A stretch of DNA of 36,106 nucleotides from Paraphysomonas bandaiensis. Its lineage: Eukaryota; Protista; Chrysophyceae. Under the pieces are notes generated by a model. The model did no database searches and had not been told where the DNA came from. It saw only the letters and a program-made list of their open reading frames with translations. Location of the stretch: positions 1 through 36,106 of the forward strand of contig CBFFRP010000310.1 of assembly GCA_965644295.1 (NCBI GenBank), read 5' to 3'. The position numbers and the translations under genes were made by a program. Below are positions 34,703 to 36,106 of the stretch, piece after piece. Each line of letters starts with the position of its first letter. Position 1 is the stretch's first letter.

Positions 34703-35199
34703 GTATCAACAGAACGTTATTCAGAAATGTGTTGAAAATGATCATGATGGACAAAGTAATAAATGGAAAGAAGCATGTATGGCTCTAGTGGATTCAGGTG
34801 CAAATATCAGTACTACTCCTCCAATTGTTGCTGCGGTGTTGAAAATGAAAGTATATAAGTGGGATGTTCCAATTTCAGTGACGTTTGGAAATAAGACTTC
34901 GACAATGTCAAAGTTTTATGTGATATTTAAAGGAATTCTTGGCAAAGTGGCAATTGTAGAATCCTGCAGTAATACTATTTTAAGTGTTCCAGCGTTGAAT
35001 TTGAAGGGTTTTGATGTACTATTGAGTAAGAGCTTGGAATGCTTCTGCTGGGATCAGGATGGCAATTTAGTTGTTAGACAACCATTGCATAAAAGGTGCA
35101 TCAGCTATATTATGTTGATATTAGGACGTTAATTGAGGGTGAATGGGACATTCCGGAAGGCCGGATAGGTGATGATGGAAATGTATGAGGGGCTGGCAA

Positions 35200-36030
35200 A
35201 GGAAATTTTTCTGTGGATTTCCTGGAGCCTCTTTCAGATATGGACCACAACAAACGTCACAGGCAACGCCTTCGACAACCTCCGTGACAGTCTCATGCGA
35301 ATGCTCCAAGGGAGAGCCCGAGCTGAAATGAGGAAAAGGATGACCACCAGAACACACGCCCTCCAAGCCCAATCCATCGGACTGAAGCGGAAGCAGACAC
35401 CAGCACTCACCCGTCTCACCCTGGAGGACGGGGCCACGATCACCATTCCATCGGAGATACAAGACGCCCTGAACAAGCACTTCACGGCACACCACGCATT
35501 CCCCAAAGGCATGGACCCCACCGCCCACAGATTACACTACGACGACAACTGGTGGCGCGAACTAACCGCCGGCGATAACCTACACAACCCTCTCCACCCA
35601 AACTCCGTTATCCCGATACAACATTATTCCGGACTACGCAAACTATACAAAACAAAGGTCGGCCCATCCACCTCAGTAAAGATACAGGAAGCCCTCAGGC
35701 AACAAATTTCGATAAATGAGTTCCACTCCACCCTTGATAATATGGCCAAGGACAAAGCACCCGGACCGTCCATGGTCACCACAAACATGATAAAAAGTTG
35801 GACCCCACAAGTCAAAATAGAAGTGCTCGGTCTCCTACAAACGCTCTGGACTCACCGCCACATCCCACACTGGTGGAGAGACAGAGTCATGACCCCACTA
35901 CTCAAGAAACCGGGAAACACCTCCCTCAAAAACCTGAGACCGATCGGTTTGCTAGAGGTTCTCCGCAAATTGATGTCACGCATCATTACCCACCGACTCC
36001 TCCAAATCTGGGAAGACGACGGGCATTTAA
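35200..36030 (+). mobile_element. LINE reverse transcriptase fragment (domain 0-2 region)
   Basis: DKAPGPSMVT, IPHWWR, LLKKPG, NLRPIGLLEVLRKLMSRII are non-LTR RT N-terminal motifs. The fragment is truncated at both ends and boundaries are approximate. Confidence 0.9.
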
Positions 36031-36073
36031 GAGTCAGTGCTTCCCTTTGATATCCTACTATTTAACGCTTTGT

Positions 36074-36106
36074 AGAGTCATGACCCCTCTACTCAAAAAA
36101 CCGGGA
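36074..36106 (+). mobile_element. Start of a second LINE RT fragment running off the window
   Basis: 31/33 identical to 35883-35915. Confidence 0.75.

Larger units (their letters stand above)
27741..35140 (+). pseudogene. Copia gag-protease remnant split by the 28742-34702 insertion (parts 27741-28741 and 34708-35140)
   Basis: Gag-like helix region and Cys/His motifs (CKNCSNIHALNEC, CYKC..H..C). After excising the insert and one TSD copy the frame reads ...GDQVEY-QQNVIQKCVENDHDGQSNKWKEAC-MALVDSGANIS... without a break. ILSVPALNLKG is a Copia-type protease motif. Confidence 0.85.

Overview
Eukaryotic genomic DNA with short GT-AG introns (46-65 bp). The CryptonS-like element and a flagellar-type gene suggest a stramenopile (inference). 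There are three host genes: a 4-exon ribosomal protein eL37/RPL37 gene missing from the ORF track (5130-5569, -), a divergent TPX2-like gene (5972-8103, +), and a 5-exon ~1594-aa coiled-coil protein with an axonemal-dynein-light-chain-like N-terminus (21531-26517, +). They sit among dense transposon nests. 1-4425 holds tandem repeats, a hAT-like end, a MITE and a decayed DUF7869-like transposase with a Tudor-like tail. 8465-19605 holds a near-complete young Copia element (TG..TA termini, CTGGA TSD) inserted in the last codons of a LINE, followed by a chromovirus-type Gypsy 3' half, a Crypton fragment and further Copia pieces. 26740-36106 holds Copia fragments, LINE RT fragments and the most unusual object: a 5.96-kb LTR element. 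It has ~99% identical LTRs, a perfect 5-bp TSD, a tRNAiMet-type PBS and non-canonical AC..CG termini. Its interior is a decayed Copia pol that still carries two copies of its own PPT almost exactly at its centre.
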